DNA of 64,000 nt. It comes from Gemmatimonadota bacterium. GTDB lineage: Bacteria; Gemmatimonadota; Gemmatimonadetes; Palauibacterales; Palauibacteraceae. The stretch covers positions 1,024,001 to 1,088,000 of the forward strand of contig OZ220691.1 in NCBI GenBank assembly GCA_965116475.1, in the 5' to 3' direction. The notes under the pieces were generated by a model. It was not told where the DNA came from and searched no databases. It saw only the letters and a program-made list of their open reading frames with translations. Shown here in pieces: positions 9,123-18,893 of the stretch. How positions within the stretch are numbered: the first letter of the stretch is position 1; each line of letters opens with the position of its first letter. The translations under genes were made by a program, and so were the position numbers.

Positions 9123-10079
9123 CGCGGCGTCGATCCGCTCGATGTCGCTTCGCACCATGAGGCGGATCATCTCCTCGAACGACATGCGGGGCTCCCAGCC
9201 CAGCTGCCGTTTCGCCTTCGATGGGTCGGCGCACAGCCGCTCGACCTCGGCCGGCCTCAGGAGCGCCGGGTCCTGCTCCACGTGCTCGCGCCAGTCGCGC
9301 CCGATCTCATCGAAGGCGATCTCGATCAGCCGTTGCACGGAGTGCGTCGCGCCGGTCCCGATCACGTAGTCGTCCGGCGTCTCCGCGCGCAGCATGAGCC
9401 ACATCGCTTCTACGTAGTCGCCCGCGAATCCCCAGTCGCGCTCCGCCTCGAGGTTCCCGATCGACAGACGGTCGGCAAGCCCGCGGTGGATGCGGGCCGC
9501 CTCCCGGCTCACCTTGCGCGTGACGAACTCCCGGCCCCGCCGGGGACTCTCGTGGTTGAAGAGGATCCCGCTCGTCGCGAACAGGTCGTAGCTCTCCCGG
9601 TAGTTCACCGTGATGAAGTGGCCGTACACCTTCGCGACGCCGTACGGGCTGCGCGGATAGAAGGGGGTGTCCTCGTTCTGCGGGGTCTCGCGCACCTTCC
9701 CGAACATCTCCGAGGAGGAGGCCTGGTAGAAGCGGATCGCGGGGTCGACCGCGCGGATCGCCTCGAGCATGCGCGTAACGCCCAGCGCCGTGAACTCACC
9801 CGTCAGCAGCGGCTGATCCCAGGAGGTGGGGACGAAGGACTGCGCCGCGAGGTTGTACACTTCCCGGGGCTCCACGCGTTCGAGGACGCGAATGAGCGAC
9901 AACTGGTCGAGCAGGTCCGCCTGGTGGAGCACGATCCTGTCCCGGAGATGCGAAATGCGGTCGTACTTCTCCACGGAGGAACGGCGCACGACGCCGTGCA
10001 CCTCGTACCCCTTGTCGAGCAGGAACTCGGCCAGGTAGGAGCCATCCTGTCCGGTAATACCGGTGATGAGCGCGATCAT
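9114..10079 (-). CDS. gmd: GDP-mannose 4,6-dehydratase
   Basis: [50 protein letters not shown]. Confidence 0.97.
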   Translation of the reverse strand: MIALITGITGQDGSYLAEFLLDKGYEVHGVVRRSSVEKYDRISHLRDRIVLHQADLLDQLSLIRVLERVEPREVYNLAAQSFVPTSWDQPLLTGEFTALGVTRMLEAIRAVDPAIRFYQASSSEMFGKVRETPQNEDTPFYPRSPYGVAKVYGHFITVNYRESYDLFATSGILFNHESPRRGREFVTRKVSREAARIHRGLADRLSIGNLEAERDWGFAGDYVEAMWLMLRAETPDDYVIGTGATHSVQRLIEIAFDEIGRDWREHVEQDPALLRPAEVERLCADPSKAKRQLGWEPRMSFEEMIRLMVRSDIERIDAAPR

Positions 10080-10155
10080 GGCGGCCGAATATGCGCGGCC
10101 GGCGCGCTGCGGCCAAACGGCCGCGGTCCGCCCGAGGCCGGCGGCGCATCGCCGC

Positions 10156-10184
10156 TTGACCGAACATAACCCGAAGCCGACATT
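10156..10184 (+). promoter_or_regulatory. Putative promoter of the UvrC-like gene, with a GAAC-N7-GAAG motif in the spacer
   Basis: TTGACC-N17-GACATT; the spacer contains GAACataacccGAAG. Confidence 0.35.
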
Positions 10185-10223
10185 CCCCGTCCCGCCGCCG
10201 GCCGGGCCGCGGGAAACCGGAGG

Positions 10224-11351
10224 TTGACGGCTGTTCCGTTAGAGACAAGAGACAGAGGAGGTCTCCCGATTCCGCGCGCGACGCCGGTTCCGAAATGGGT
10301 GCCCGACCTTCCCGCGAGCCCGGGGGTCTATGTCTTCGTGGACGCGCACGGGCACCCCCTCTATGTGGGGAAGAGCGTGAACCTGCGGCGGCGCGTGCGG
10401 GGCTACTTCTACTCGGGGGGGCCATCGAACGAGCGCCTGGCCGAGATGCTGCGGATCGCCCGGGGCGTCGAGGCACACCCGACCGGGAGCGACCTCGAGG
10501 CGCGTCTCGTGGAAGCGGAGCGCATCCTCGGCCAGCGTCCGCCGTACAACAGGGCGCTCAAGCGGCGCGACGCCGGCTGGTATCTGGAACTGCGCCGGAA
10601 CGAACCCTTCCCGCGGCTGCGCGTCGTGCGCCGGCCGCGCCGGGCCGAAGCCCGCTATATCGGCCCCTTCTGGAGTCGCCGGTCGCCCGAGCGCATCCGT
10701 CGCCTCGTCGAGAAGGTCGTCCGGTTGCGGAGTTGCGCCGAAGCCGTGCGCCCGGACCCGGCGCGGAGCCCGTGCATGCAGTTCGACATGGACCTCTGCA
10801 CCGCGCCCTGCGCGCGCCGGGTGGGACTCAACGCCTATCGGCGGCAGGCGGAAGCGGCCGGGCGCCTGCTCGCCGACCCGGGCTATGCGTGGGAACTCCT
10901 GGACCGGTTCACCGAGGCGCGCGACGCCGCCTCCGGGCGGCTGGAGTTCGAGCGGGCCGCGGCGGCGCAACTTCGTCTCGACTGGATCGAGGAACTCGAG
11001 GAACTTCGCTTCCTCCTGGAGCCGGAAGCGGAACCGCACTCGTGGCTGATCGTGCTCCCCGCGCTGGACGAGGCGCACCGGACGCTTCAGCCCGTGGCGC
11101 GCGGGCAGGTGCTCCGGCGGCGGCGCGTGGCGTGGATCGAGGGCGCGTGGGAGGAGGCCGTGGAAAACGCCTGCTACGCCGTGCGGGTGGCGGAGTTGCG
11201 GGCGCCCACCGTGCTTTCTCCGCGGGAATCGGTGCCGAGCGCGATGGTCGGCCGCTGGCTCGAGGAGGGGGGCGACGGCGGACACGCGATCAACCTGACG
11301 GGCCTCGACGCCGCCGGCGCCATCGACCAGCTTCGGCGCCTCGCGTCCTGA
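10224..11351 (+). CDS. GIY-YIG excinuclease, UvrC N-terminal/Cho-like (start uncertain)
   Basis: [31 protein letters not shown], Cys cluster RSC..PC..LCTAPC, UVR motif LEFERAA. No RNase H or HhH C-terminal half. Confidence 0.85.
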   Translation: MTAVPLETRDRGGLPIPRATPVPKWVPDLPASPGVYVFVDAHGHPLYVGKSVNLRRRVRGYFYSGGPSNERLAEMLRIARGVEAHPTGSDLEARLVEAERILGQRPPYNRALKRRDAGWYLELRRNEPFPRLRVVRRPRRAEARYIGPFWSRRSPERIRRLVEKVVRLRSCAEAVRPDPARSPCMQFDMDLCTAPCARRVGLNAYRRQAEAAGRLLADPGYAWELLDRFTEARDAASGRLEFERAAAAQLRLDWIEELEELRFLLEPEAEPHSWLIVLPALDEAHRTLQPVARGQVLRRRRVAWIEGAWEEAVENACYAVRVAELRAPTVLSPRESVPSAMVGRWLEEGGDGGHAINLTGLDAAGAIDQLRRLAS

Positions 11352-11387
11352 CGCCCGTCACGGAACCCGGTCAGGGCCAATGGGGTC

Positions 11388-12608
11388 ATGCTTGCCATGC
11401 TCAGGAACTCAGATGTCGTCGCGGCGCGCGATCGGATCCGGTCGGGGGTGGCGCGGACCACCTGCCCCCAGTCCTTCGCCCTCGAGGCGCGGGCCGGTGG
11501 CCGCTTCCATCTCAAGACCGAGTTCCGGCAGCGCACCGGGTCATTCAAGGACCGGGGATCGCTCCACAAGCTCCTGCGCCTCGGCCCGGCCGCTCGCGAG
11601 GGGGGCGTCATCGCGGCCAGCGCCGGCAATCACGCCCAGGCTCTCGCGTATCACGCCGCGCGGCTGCAGATCGCGTGCACGATCGTGATGCCCACGCACG
11701 CGCCCCTCATCAAGGTCGTCCACACGCGCGGCTACGGGGCCCGCGTGATTCAGACCGGGGAGACGCTCTCCGACGGGATGGCGCTCGTCGACCGCCTGAC
11801 CCGCGAGGAGGGGCTCGCGCCCGTCCACGCCTTCGACGACCTCGATGTGATGGCGGGCCAGGGGACGATCGGGCTGGAGGTTCTCGAACAGGTGCCGGAC
11901 CTGACGACGGTCATCGTCCCCATCGGAGGGGGCGGGATGATCTCCGGCATCGCGACCGTGGTGAAGGCGCAGCGCCCGAATGTGCGTGTGATCGGCGTGG
12001 AGGCCGCGGCCTCGCCGGGGGCCCGGGAGTCGCTGGCCGCCGGAAAGCCGGTACACCTCGAGAACTCCGACACACTCGCGGACGGCATCGCCGTGAAGCG
12101 AATCGGCGACCTCGCCTTCCCTCACCTGGCGACGCTCGTGGACGATATCGTCCTCATCGACGAGGAACAGATCACGCGCGCGATCTTCTTCCTCCTCGAA
12201 TCCGAAAAGTTCGTCGTGGAGGGCGGTGGCGCGGTGTCCGTGGCCGCCGTCCTCGAGGGAAAGGTCGACCTCGGCCCGACCGACGTCACCGTCTGCATCC
12301 TCTCCGGCGGCAACATCGACATGAACCTCGTGTCGCGGGTCATCGACCGCGCGCTGTGGGCCGATGGCCGGCTCGCGCGTCTCGCGGTCGTCGTTCGCGA
12401 CCGCCCCGGCTACCTGAACGAAGTGACGGCGCTCGTCGCGATCGAGGGCGCGAACGTCCTCCACATCGAACACACGCGCGCCTTCGGCGACATCTCCGTC
12501 GGAAAGGTGGGAATCGAACTCACGATCGAGACGCGCGGCCGCGACCACATCGCAACGATCGTGGCCAGGCTCCGCGAACTCGGCCACCGCGTCCAAGAAC
12601 TTTCCTGA
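11388..12608 (+). CDS. ilvA: Threonine ammonia-lyase with C-terminal ACT domain
   Basis: TGSFKDRG (PLP Lys), ASAGNHAQ, PIGGGG, LSGGNID, DRPG ACT. Confidence 0.92.
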   Translation: MLAMLRNSDVVAARDRIRSGVARTTCPQSFALEARAGGRFHLKTEFRQRTGSFKDRGSLHKLLRLGPAAREGGVIAASAGNHAQALAYHAARLQIACTIVMPTHAPLIKVVHTRGYGARVIQTGETLSDGMALVDRLTREEGLAPVHAFDDLDVMAGQGTIGLEVLEQVPDLTTVIVPIGGGGMISGIATVVKAQRPNVRVIGVEAAASPGARESLAAGKPVHLENSDTLADGIAVKRIGDLAFPHLATLVDDIVLIDEEQITRAIFFLLESEKFVVEGGGAVSVAAVLEGKVDLGPTDVTVCILSGGNIDMNLVSRVIDRALWADGRLARLAVVVRDRPGYLNEVTALVAIEGANVLHIEHTRAFGDISVGKVGIELTIETRGRDHIATIVARLRELGHRVQELS

Positions 12609-12650
12609 CGCCCTCGGCGGAGCGAGCTACCCGCCCCGACCGACGGAGCC

Positions 12651-13481
12651 TCAGGGGGCGGGTGTGTCTTCGACCTCGGCCAGCGCCTTCTGCAGTTCGC
12701 GCCGCGCCACGCGCGTCACGAGGACGACGACGGCGGCCGTGGCGGCGAGGCCCGCCACGAGCAGCGCGGTCTGTCCCCAGCTCGCCGCGCCGCCGGACGC
12801 CTCGGCCACCTCCGCCCCGGCCGCGCCGATGTACACGTACAGGAGCGTGCCCGGGAACATCCCCACGAGCGAGGCCGCGACGTACTGCGTGAAGGTCACG
12901 CCGGTGAGGCCGTAGAAGTAGTTCTGCGCGCTGAACGGAAACACCGGCGAGAGTCGGGTGAGGAAGACGATGCGCCAGCCCTGCGTTTCGACCGCCCGGT
13001 CGATCGCGCGCAGCGCCGGGCGGTTGGCGAGCAGTTTCTCGACGCGATCGCGCAGCACGTAGCGGGCGATGAGGAAGGCGAGCGCGGCCCCGATGTTCGC
13101 GCCCACGAACACGGTGAGGGTGCCGAGCGCGAGGCCGAACGTCACGCCTCCGGCGATGGTCAGCGCCGAACCCGGCACGAAGAGCACCACCGCGAGCGCG
13201 TAAAAGAGCCCAAAGAAGAAGGGACCCAGCCACCCCAGTTCCGCGGTGGTCTCGCGCAGCCAGGTGACGAGTCGCGCCAGGAAGCCCAGCTCCCCATCCG
13301 CCGCGGACTCCGAAGCTGCGGACTCGGAGGCCGGGGCGGACTGGACGGGGACCGGCGACGCGGCCACGAGGGCGGGGGGGCCGCCGAACTCGGGACCCGC
13401 CCGTGCCGACAGGGCATCGACCGCGCACTCGGCCGACCCCGGCACGAGCACGCCCAGGAGGAGAACGGCCCGGGCGACCAC
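12651..13481 (-). CDS. TVP38/TMEM64 (DedA/SNARE-associated) membrane protein
   Basis: PGSALTIAGG, RLSPVFPFS, GMFPGTLLYVYIG. Confidence 0.88.
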   Translation of the reverse strand: MVARAVLLLGVLVPGSAECAVDALSARAGPEFGGPPALVAASPVPVQSAPASESAASESAADGELGFLARLVTWLRETTAELGWLGPFFFGLFYALAVVLFVPGSALTIAGGVTFGLALGTLTVFVGANIGAALAFLIARYVLRDRVEKLLANRPALRAIDRAVETQGWRIVFLTRLSPVFPFSAQNYFYGLTGVTFTQYVAASLVGMFPGTLLYVYIGAAGAEVAEASGGAASWGQTALLVAGLAATAAVVVLVTRVARRELQKALAEVEDTPAP

Positions 13482-14707
13482 TACGGGCTCTCCAGTCGGT
13501 TATGCGCCGCGAGGATGCGCCGCACTTCGTCGTGCGGGAGTCCGGGCACCATGTTCCCGTCGCGCCCCACCATCGTCCGGCCCGCGACCATCGCGTTCGT
13601 GATCGCCTCCTCCGTTGCCTGGGCCGTCGCGAGCAGCAGCGGATCGATCTCGTTGTTCGATACCATCTCCACGGTCGTGTTCCCGCCCCGGCTCCACGCC
13701 CCGCCGTTCCCCGTCGAGAAGGCGATGAAAATGTCGCCGGAACTGTTGGTCCCGTAGCCGCCCATGCGTCCGATCCCGATCGGCACGCGGCGCGCGAGCC
13801 GCTTCAACTGGTGCGGGAGCAGCGGAGCGTCCGTCGCGACGACGACGATGATCGAACCGAGGCCATCGAACGCGCCCCCGTCCGCCGCACCGCCGGCGCC
13901 GCCGGGCGGCGTCCAGTCGAGAAGCTCCTGCCCGACCGGCACGCCCGCGATCAGCAACTGCGGCCGGCGCCCGTAGTTACACTGCACCAGCACGCCCACG
14001 GTGTAGTCCCCGGCGAGCCGGGACGAGGTCCCGATCCCGCCCTTGAACGAGTTGCAGACCATGCCCGTCCCGCCGCCGACCGATCCCTCGGTGACGGGGC
14101 CCGAGACGGCGCTCTCGATCGCGTGGAACACGTGCTCCTTCCGGACATGGAACCCGTTGATGTCGTTGAGCCGCCCGTCCCAGGTCTCCGCGACCAGCGG
14201 CAGGCTCCACCAGACCCCCGGGGCGACGGGATGGTTTGCGCCCGCGTCGCGCGACCACTCGATGACGGCCTGGTGGACGTCTCCCACGCTGTGCGTGTTG
14301 GTGATCATCACCGGACCCTCGAGGAAACCCGATTCCTCGACCCAGGTCGTCCCGGTCATCTCGCCGTTCCCGTTCAGCGAGTACCACCCGGCGAAGACGG
14401 GTTCGTAGCTCTCGGTACGCGGGAGCACGGCGGTCACGCCCGTGCGCACGGGGCCCTCGCCGACGACGAGCGCCCCCTCCCCTTCGATGATCGTCGCGTG
14501 CCCGACGCGGACGCCGGCCACATCGGTGATCGCGTTCCAGGCTCCGGGCTCCCCCGGGAAGGGGATCCCGAGGTCCCGCGCCCGCGGCGGGGTCTGGGCG
14601 CTGAGGGCGCCGGCGGCCAGCGCCGCGGCGGTGAGCACTCCGGCGGCGGCCCGCGTCGGCGCCACCGGGCACCGGCGGGCCGATCCCGTTCGTGGCAAGA
14701 AGAACAT
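13481..14707 (-). CDS. P1/S58 family peptidase (DmpA-like aminopeptidase), secreted
   Basis: NAITDVAGVRVGH, TNTHSVG, GSVGGGTG, GSIIVVVATDAP, SSGD; signal peptide; GGAGG before the ATG at 14707. Confidence 0.9.
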   Translation of the reverse strand: MFFLPRTGSARRCPVAPTRAAAGVLTAAALAAGALSAQTPPRARDLGIPFPGEPGAWNAITDVAGVRVGHATIIEGEGALVVGEGPVRTGVTAVLPRTESYEPVFAGWYSLNGNGEMTGTTWVEESGFLEGPVMITNTHSVGDVHQAVIEWSRDAGANHPVAPGVWWSLPLVAETWDGRLNDINGFHVRKEHVFHAIESAVSGPVTEGSVGGGTGMVCNSFKGGIGTSSRLAGDYTVGVLVQCNYGRRPQLLIAGVPVGQELLDWTPPGGAGGAADGGAFDGLGSIIVVVATDAPLLPHQLKRLARRVPIGIGRMGGYGTNSSGDIFIAFSTGNGGAWSRGGNTTVEMVSNNEIDPLLLATAQATEEAITNAMVAGRTMVGRDGNMVPGLPHDEVRRILAAHNRLESP

Positions 14708-14766
14708 CGACACCTCCACGCGAGGGACTGTGTGGTTCCGTCTATTCTACCGTTATCTGAACGCCG

Positions 14767-16128
14767 TCATCTGAACGTGCCCTGGATTCCCAGCGTCCAC
14801 AGGACGTCCGGCCGCAGACCGGCGGCCTGGATCGGGAGCAAGGCGTTCGTGGCGAGGATCATGTCGCGGCCGAGCACGTACTTGAGTCCCACCGCGAGGT
14901 CGATGAAGTGGCGACCGACATCCGGGAGCGATGACGACTCGACCGTGAGAGGCGGGGTGCCGACGAAGGTGACGGGGCCGGGCAGCGGATGCTCCGGATC
15001 TGCCAGTTCCCAGCGGGTGATGACGTCCGCGGCCACCGTGAGGACATCGGACGCGAGGGCATCGAAACCCACCGTCGCGAGCACCGCGTCCCGATCGAAG
15101 TTCCGGTCGCGCAGGTTGCCTTCGCGCAGGAGATACCCGGCGTTCACGTGGGGCGAGAATCTCCCGCGATTGAGGGAGAGAATCGCCACGGCGCGGCCCC
15201 GGCCCTCGCCCAGTCCGAGAAGATCTTCCTCCTGGCCCGTGGGGAAGGTCACGTCCGCCAGCAGCGCCATGCCCACGGGCGGCGGCGCGCGGCCCGCGGT
15301 CGTCCCGCTCGTGAGGTTGACCTTGATCCGGGCGGAGACATCGCCGATTCCCGTCGCCGACCCTCTCACGGAGTTGGTCGCCTCGAGGACCGGCGCGGCG
15401 GGCGTGCCGCCGAAACGGTGCGCGAGCGAGTTGCCGAGCGACAGGATCTGGGCGTGTGCCGTCCCCCTCAGGTTCGCCCGCACGACCGGCACCGCGAATC
15501 CCACATCGAGGAAGGACGCCAGGCCCGCGCTCAGGACCGCCGTAGCCACCGTGTAGTCGAGGTCGAGATTCGTGCGCACCCGGAGCACGTCGCGTTCGAA
15601 GAAGGGGAGACCGAGCCCGGGGTCCGGACCCAGGGCCACGTCCGAATCCTCGTGGAAGAAGTTCAGGACGAGGTTGTCCGCGGGCACGCCGCTGAAGTTC
15701 GTGACCTGGAAGGCGGTCGCTTCGAGCCCGAGGAAGAACCTCCCCATCCCGAGGGTTTCCGCCCGTTCCGCGAAGATCGGCCCGAACGACGCGCTCCGCT
15801 CTTCGGCCGACCAGATGCGGCCCCCGGACATCGCGGTCGGGGGAAGACTGCCGACCACCTCGGCGATCCCTCCCTGGAAGGAGAGGATGAGCGCGTCGTT
15901 CCGCGGGACCCGTTCGCGCAGGTAGTGCCGGCCGTGCTCCGTACCGAAAACCCCGGTCTCGTCGAAATCCGGATCGAGGCACAGAGGCACGCCGCACTGC
16001 CCGAACACGAACAGTTCCGACACGAGGTCCGTGAGCGACTGGGCCGCGGCCGGCCTGCCGGTCGCCGCCGCCAGCGCCACCATGACCATGAGCCCCGCGA
16101 CGGCTCGTCCGTGCATCTCGCCTCCCAT
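14767..16128 (-). CDS. Hypothetical exported, probably outer-membrane beta-barrel protein
   Basis: Signal peptide ending AAAQ, alternating beta-strand patterns, GIGDVS and FPTG motifs, near-terminal Phe. Confidence 0.6.
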   Translation of the reverse strand: MGGEMHGRAVAGLMVMVALAAATGRPAAAQSLTDLVSELFVFGQCGVPLCLDPDFDETGVFGTEHGRHYLRERVPRNDALILSFQGGIAEVVGSLPPTAMSGGRIWSAEERSASFGPIFAERAETLGMGRFFLGLEATAFQVTNFSGVPADNLVLNFFHEDSDVALGPDPGLGLPFFERDVLRVRTNLDLDYTVATAVLSAGLASFLDVGFAVPVVRANLRGTAHAQILSLGNSLAHRFGGTPAAPVLEATNSVRGSATGIGDVSARIKVNLTSGTTAGRAPPPVGMALLADVTFPTGQEEDLLGLGEGRGRAVAILSLNRGRFSPHVNAGYLLREGNLRDRNFDRDAVLATVGFDALASDVLTVAADVITRWELADPEHPLPGPVTFVGTPPLTVESSSLPDVGRHFIDLAVGLKYVLGRDMILATNALLPIQAAGLRPDVLWTLGIQGTFR

Positions 16129-16226
16129 CGAGTTTCCGCTCCGGTGGCGCTGAAGGTTCGCACGCCGGTCGGACGCGGCAAGATGACCCGTTGACCTCCG
16201 ACGCCCTCCGCGCTCATCGTCGGGCC

Positions 16227-18056
16227 ATGCCTACATCACACCCGCGTCTGACAACAGCCGGCTCGGCGCCCGCGTTACGCCGGCGCCGCCAGGACGCCCA
16301 CGACGTCATCATCGTCGGCTCCGGCGCGGGAGGCGGGATGGCCGCCTACGTGCTCGCCTGCCACGGCGTCCGGGTCCTGCTCCTCGAGGCGGGGCGGGAC
16401 TACGATCCGGTGTCGGAGACGCCGATGTTCCAGCTCCCGGCCGACGCGCCGCTCCGGGCCGCGGGGACCGCCGACAAGCCGTTCGGCTTCTACGATGCGA
16501 CGGTGGACGGCGGCTGGCGCGTCCCCGGCGAACCCTACACGAGCGCCGAAGGGGTCAACTTCATGTGGTGGCGGGCGCGCATGCTCGGGGGGCGGACAAA
16601 CCACTGGGGCCGGATCTCGCTCCGCATGGGGCCCTACGACTTCAAGCCCTACAGCCGCGACGGGCTCGGCTTCGACTGGCCGATGACGTACGACGACCTC
16701 GCACCGTGGTACGACCGGACCGAGGCCTTCATCGGCGTCTACGGTTCGAGCGAAGGGCTCGAGAACACGCCCGATTCCTCCGCCGGGGTCCTCCAGCCGC
16801 CGCCCGCGCCGCGCGCCTATGAACTGCTCGCGAAGAAGGCGTGCGGGGGCCTGGGTATCCCGGTCGTGCCCGCGCACCTCGCGATCCTCACCGAAGCGCA
16901 GGACGCCGAAGGCCTGTCGCGGATGCTGTGGCCGGGCAACGCGCTGGCCCAGCGGGTGACGCGCGACGCCATGCGGGGCCGGGCCCCCTGCTACTGGGCG
17001 ACGCCGTGCGGGCGGGGCTGCTCGATCAAGGCCAACTTCCAGTCGACGACCGTCTGCCTGCCACCGGCGCAGGCGACCGGCAACCTCACCACGATCACCG
17101 ACGCCATGGTGCGCGAGGTGACGCTCGACGCGCGGGGGCGGGCGAACGGGGTCCGCTACATCGACAAGAGGGCGCGCGCCGACCGCCATGCCGCGGCCCC
17201 GGTCGTCATCCTCGCAGCCAGCGCCCTCGAATCGGCCCGCATCCTCCTCAACTCCCGCAGTTCGCTCTTCCCCGACGGCCTCGCCAACGGAAGCGGACTC
17301 GTCGGCAAGTACATCATGGACACGGTGGGCGCGGGCGTCTCCGGCCAGATTCCGGCGCTCGAGCACCTCCCCCGGCACGCGGAGGAGGGGGCCTCGGCGA
17401 TGCACATGTACATGCCGTGGTGGCTGTACGGGGAACAGGCCGCGGGACGCCTCGATTTCGCCCGCGGCTACCACATCGAGTTCGGCGGCGGGCAGCGGAT
17501 GCCCGGCTACGGCGCCTTCAGCGGCATCGAGCCGCTTACCGGGGGCGCCTACGGACAGCGCTTCAAGGAGGAATGCCGCCGCTACTACGGCTCGTTCATG
17601 TACTTCGACGGCCGCGGCGAGATGATCCCGAACGAGGACTGCTACTGCGAGATCGATCCCGAGGTCGTCGACCAGTGGGGCATCCCCGTGCTCCGGTTCC
17701 ACTGGAAGTGGTCCGACCACGAACTCAACCAGGCCCGGCACATGCAGCAGACGTTTGCCGGGATCATCGAGGAGATGGGGGGGCGCGTGCTCTCGACGGT
17801 GCAGACGGACGGCGCCCGCGCGATCCTGGCGCCCGGCCAGATCATCCACGAGGTCGGCGGCGTCCGGATGGGAGACAGGCCCGGGAACTCCGTGCTCAAC
17901 CAGTACTGCCAGTCGTGGGAGGTTCCGAACCTGTTCGTGATGGACGGCGGACCATTCGTGTCCAACGCGGACAAGAACCCGACGCTCTCCATCATGGCGA
18001 TCGCCTGGCGGTCGTCGGAGTACCTCGTGGACCAGCTTCGGCAGGGGGCGCTCTGA
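16227..18056 (+). CDS. GMC family oxidoreductase (glycoside/sugar 3-dehydrogenase large subunit-like)
   Basis: IVGSGAGG, LGGRTNHWGR, IHEVGG, KNPTLSIMA. Confidence 0.9.
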   Translation: MPTSHPRLTTAGSAPALRRRRQDAHDVIIVGSGAGGGMAAYVLACHGVRVLLLEAGRDYDPVSETPMFQLPADAPLRAAGTADKPFGFYDATVDGGWRVPGEPYTSAEGVNFMWWRARMLGGRTNHWGRISLRMGPYDFKPYSRDGLGFDWPMTYDDLAPWYDRTEAFIGVYGSSEGLENTPDSSAGVLQPPPAPRAYELLAKKACGGLGIPVVPAHLAILTEAQDAEGLSRMLWPGNALAQRVTRDAMRGRAPCYWATPCGRGCSIKANFQSTTVCLPPAQATGNLTTITDAMVREVTLDARGRANGVRYIDKRARADRHAAAPVVILAASALESARILLNSRSSLFPDGLANGSGLVGKYIMDTVGAGVSGQIPALEHLPRHAEEGASAMHMYMPWWLYGEQAAGRLDFARGYHIEFGGGQRMPGYGAFSGIEPLTGGAYGQRFKEECRRYYGSFMYFDGRGEMIPNEDCYCEIDPEVVDQWGIPVLRFHWKWSDHELNQARHMQQTFAGIIEEMGGRVLSTVQTDGARAILAPGQIIHEVGGVRMGDRPGNSVLNQYCQSWEVPNLFVMDGGPFVSNADKNPTLSIMAIAWRSSEYLVDQLRQGAL

Positions 18057-18805
18057 TGGCGGACCGCGAACGCGACCGGGCACCGACGCCGGAACGTGAA
18101 GGGGCGCGGGAGCGCGAACCGGGGGCGGCCGAGGGACTGACCCGCCGCCGGGCGCTCCAGGTGCTCGCGGCCGGGGCGGCGGGCGCGGCAGCGGTCTCGG
18201 CGGGGGCGTGCGCCGACGGCGGCGAATCCGGCCTCCCCGCCACCGAGGATGCGACCGCTCTCTCCGGCGCCACGAGCGGGGGCAATCCCCGGGCGGCGGG
18301 CACGCCGACGGACCCGGACCTCGTGTCGCCCGTCGTGTGGTGGGACCTGGTCCTGACCGAAGATGAACTCGCGACCCTCGCCCACCTGTGCGACGTCATC
18401 ATCCCCGAAGACGAACACTCCCCCGGCGCGGCGGCGCTCGGGGCGCACGCCTTCATCGACGAATGGGTGAGCGCGCCGTACGACGGAAACCGGGAGGATC
18501 TGACGCTCGTCCGCGGCGGGCTCGTATGGCTGGACATCGAATCGGCGGACCGTTTCGGGGGCCGCTTCACCGAGCTGACGCTCGAGCAGAAGCACGCGAT
18601 CTGCGACGACATCTGCTGGGCGGAGAACGCGGCGCCGGAGTACCGGGTCGCGGCCCGTTTCTTCGACCGCGTGCGGGATCTCACGTCGACCGCGTTCTGG
18701 ACGACGGCGGAGGGGATGGCCGACCTCGGTTTCGTGGGGAACCGACCCATGCCGCGCTTCGATGGCCCGCCCCCGGAGGTGCTCGAACGCCTGGGTCTTG
18801 CTTAG
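18056..18805 (+). CDS. Gluconate 2-dehydrogenase subunit 3 family protein (Tat small subunit)
   Basis: TGATG coupling with the GMC gene; LTRRRALQ Tat motif; DVIIP, FWTT.EG..DLGFVGN. Confidence 0.85.
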   Translation: MADRERDRAPTPEREGAREREPGAAEGLTRRRALQVLAAGAAGAAAVSAGACADGGESGLPATEDATALSGATSGGNPRAAGTPTDPDLVSPVVWWDLVLTEDELATLAHLCDVIIPEDEHSPGAAALGAHAFIDEWVSAPYDGNREDLTLVRGGLVWLDIESADRFGGRFTELTLEQKHAICDDICWAENAAPEYRVAARFFDRVRDLTSTAFWTTAEGMADLGFVGNRPMPRFDGPPPEVLERLGLA

Positions 18806-18893
18806 TGTAGGCTTGGTACAAAACCAGTGGCCGTCGGCGCGAGACCGCGCGGGCGGGCTTCGATTGGCGACCTGTCCCGGAGTGAGGCGCAGC

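Noticed and set aside
10295-12892. Very long Arg/Gly/Pro-rich alternative ORFs (e.g. 865 aa here, 900 aa at 19600-22302, 789 aa at 32136-34505)
   Set aside because: Typical off-frame or antisense ORFs of high-GC DNA overlapping well-supported genes; no motifs.
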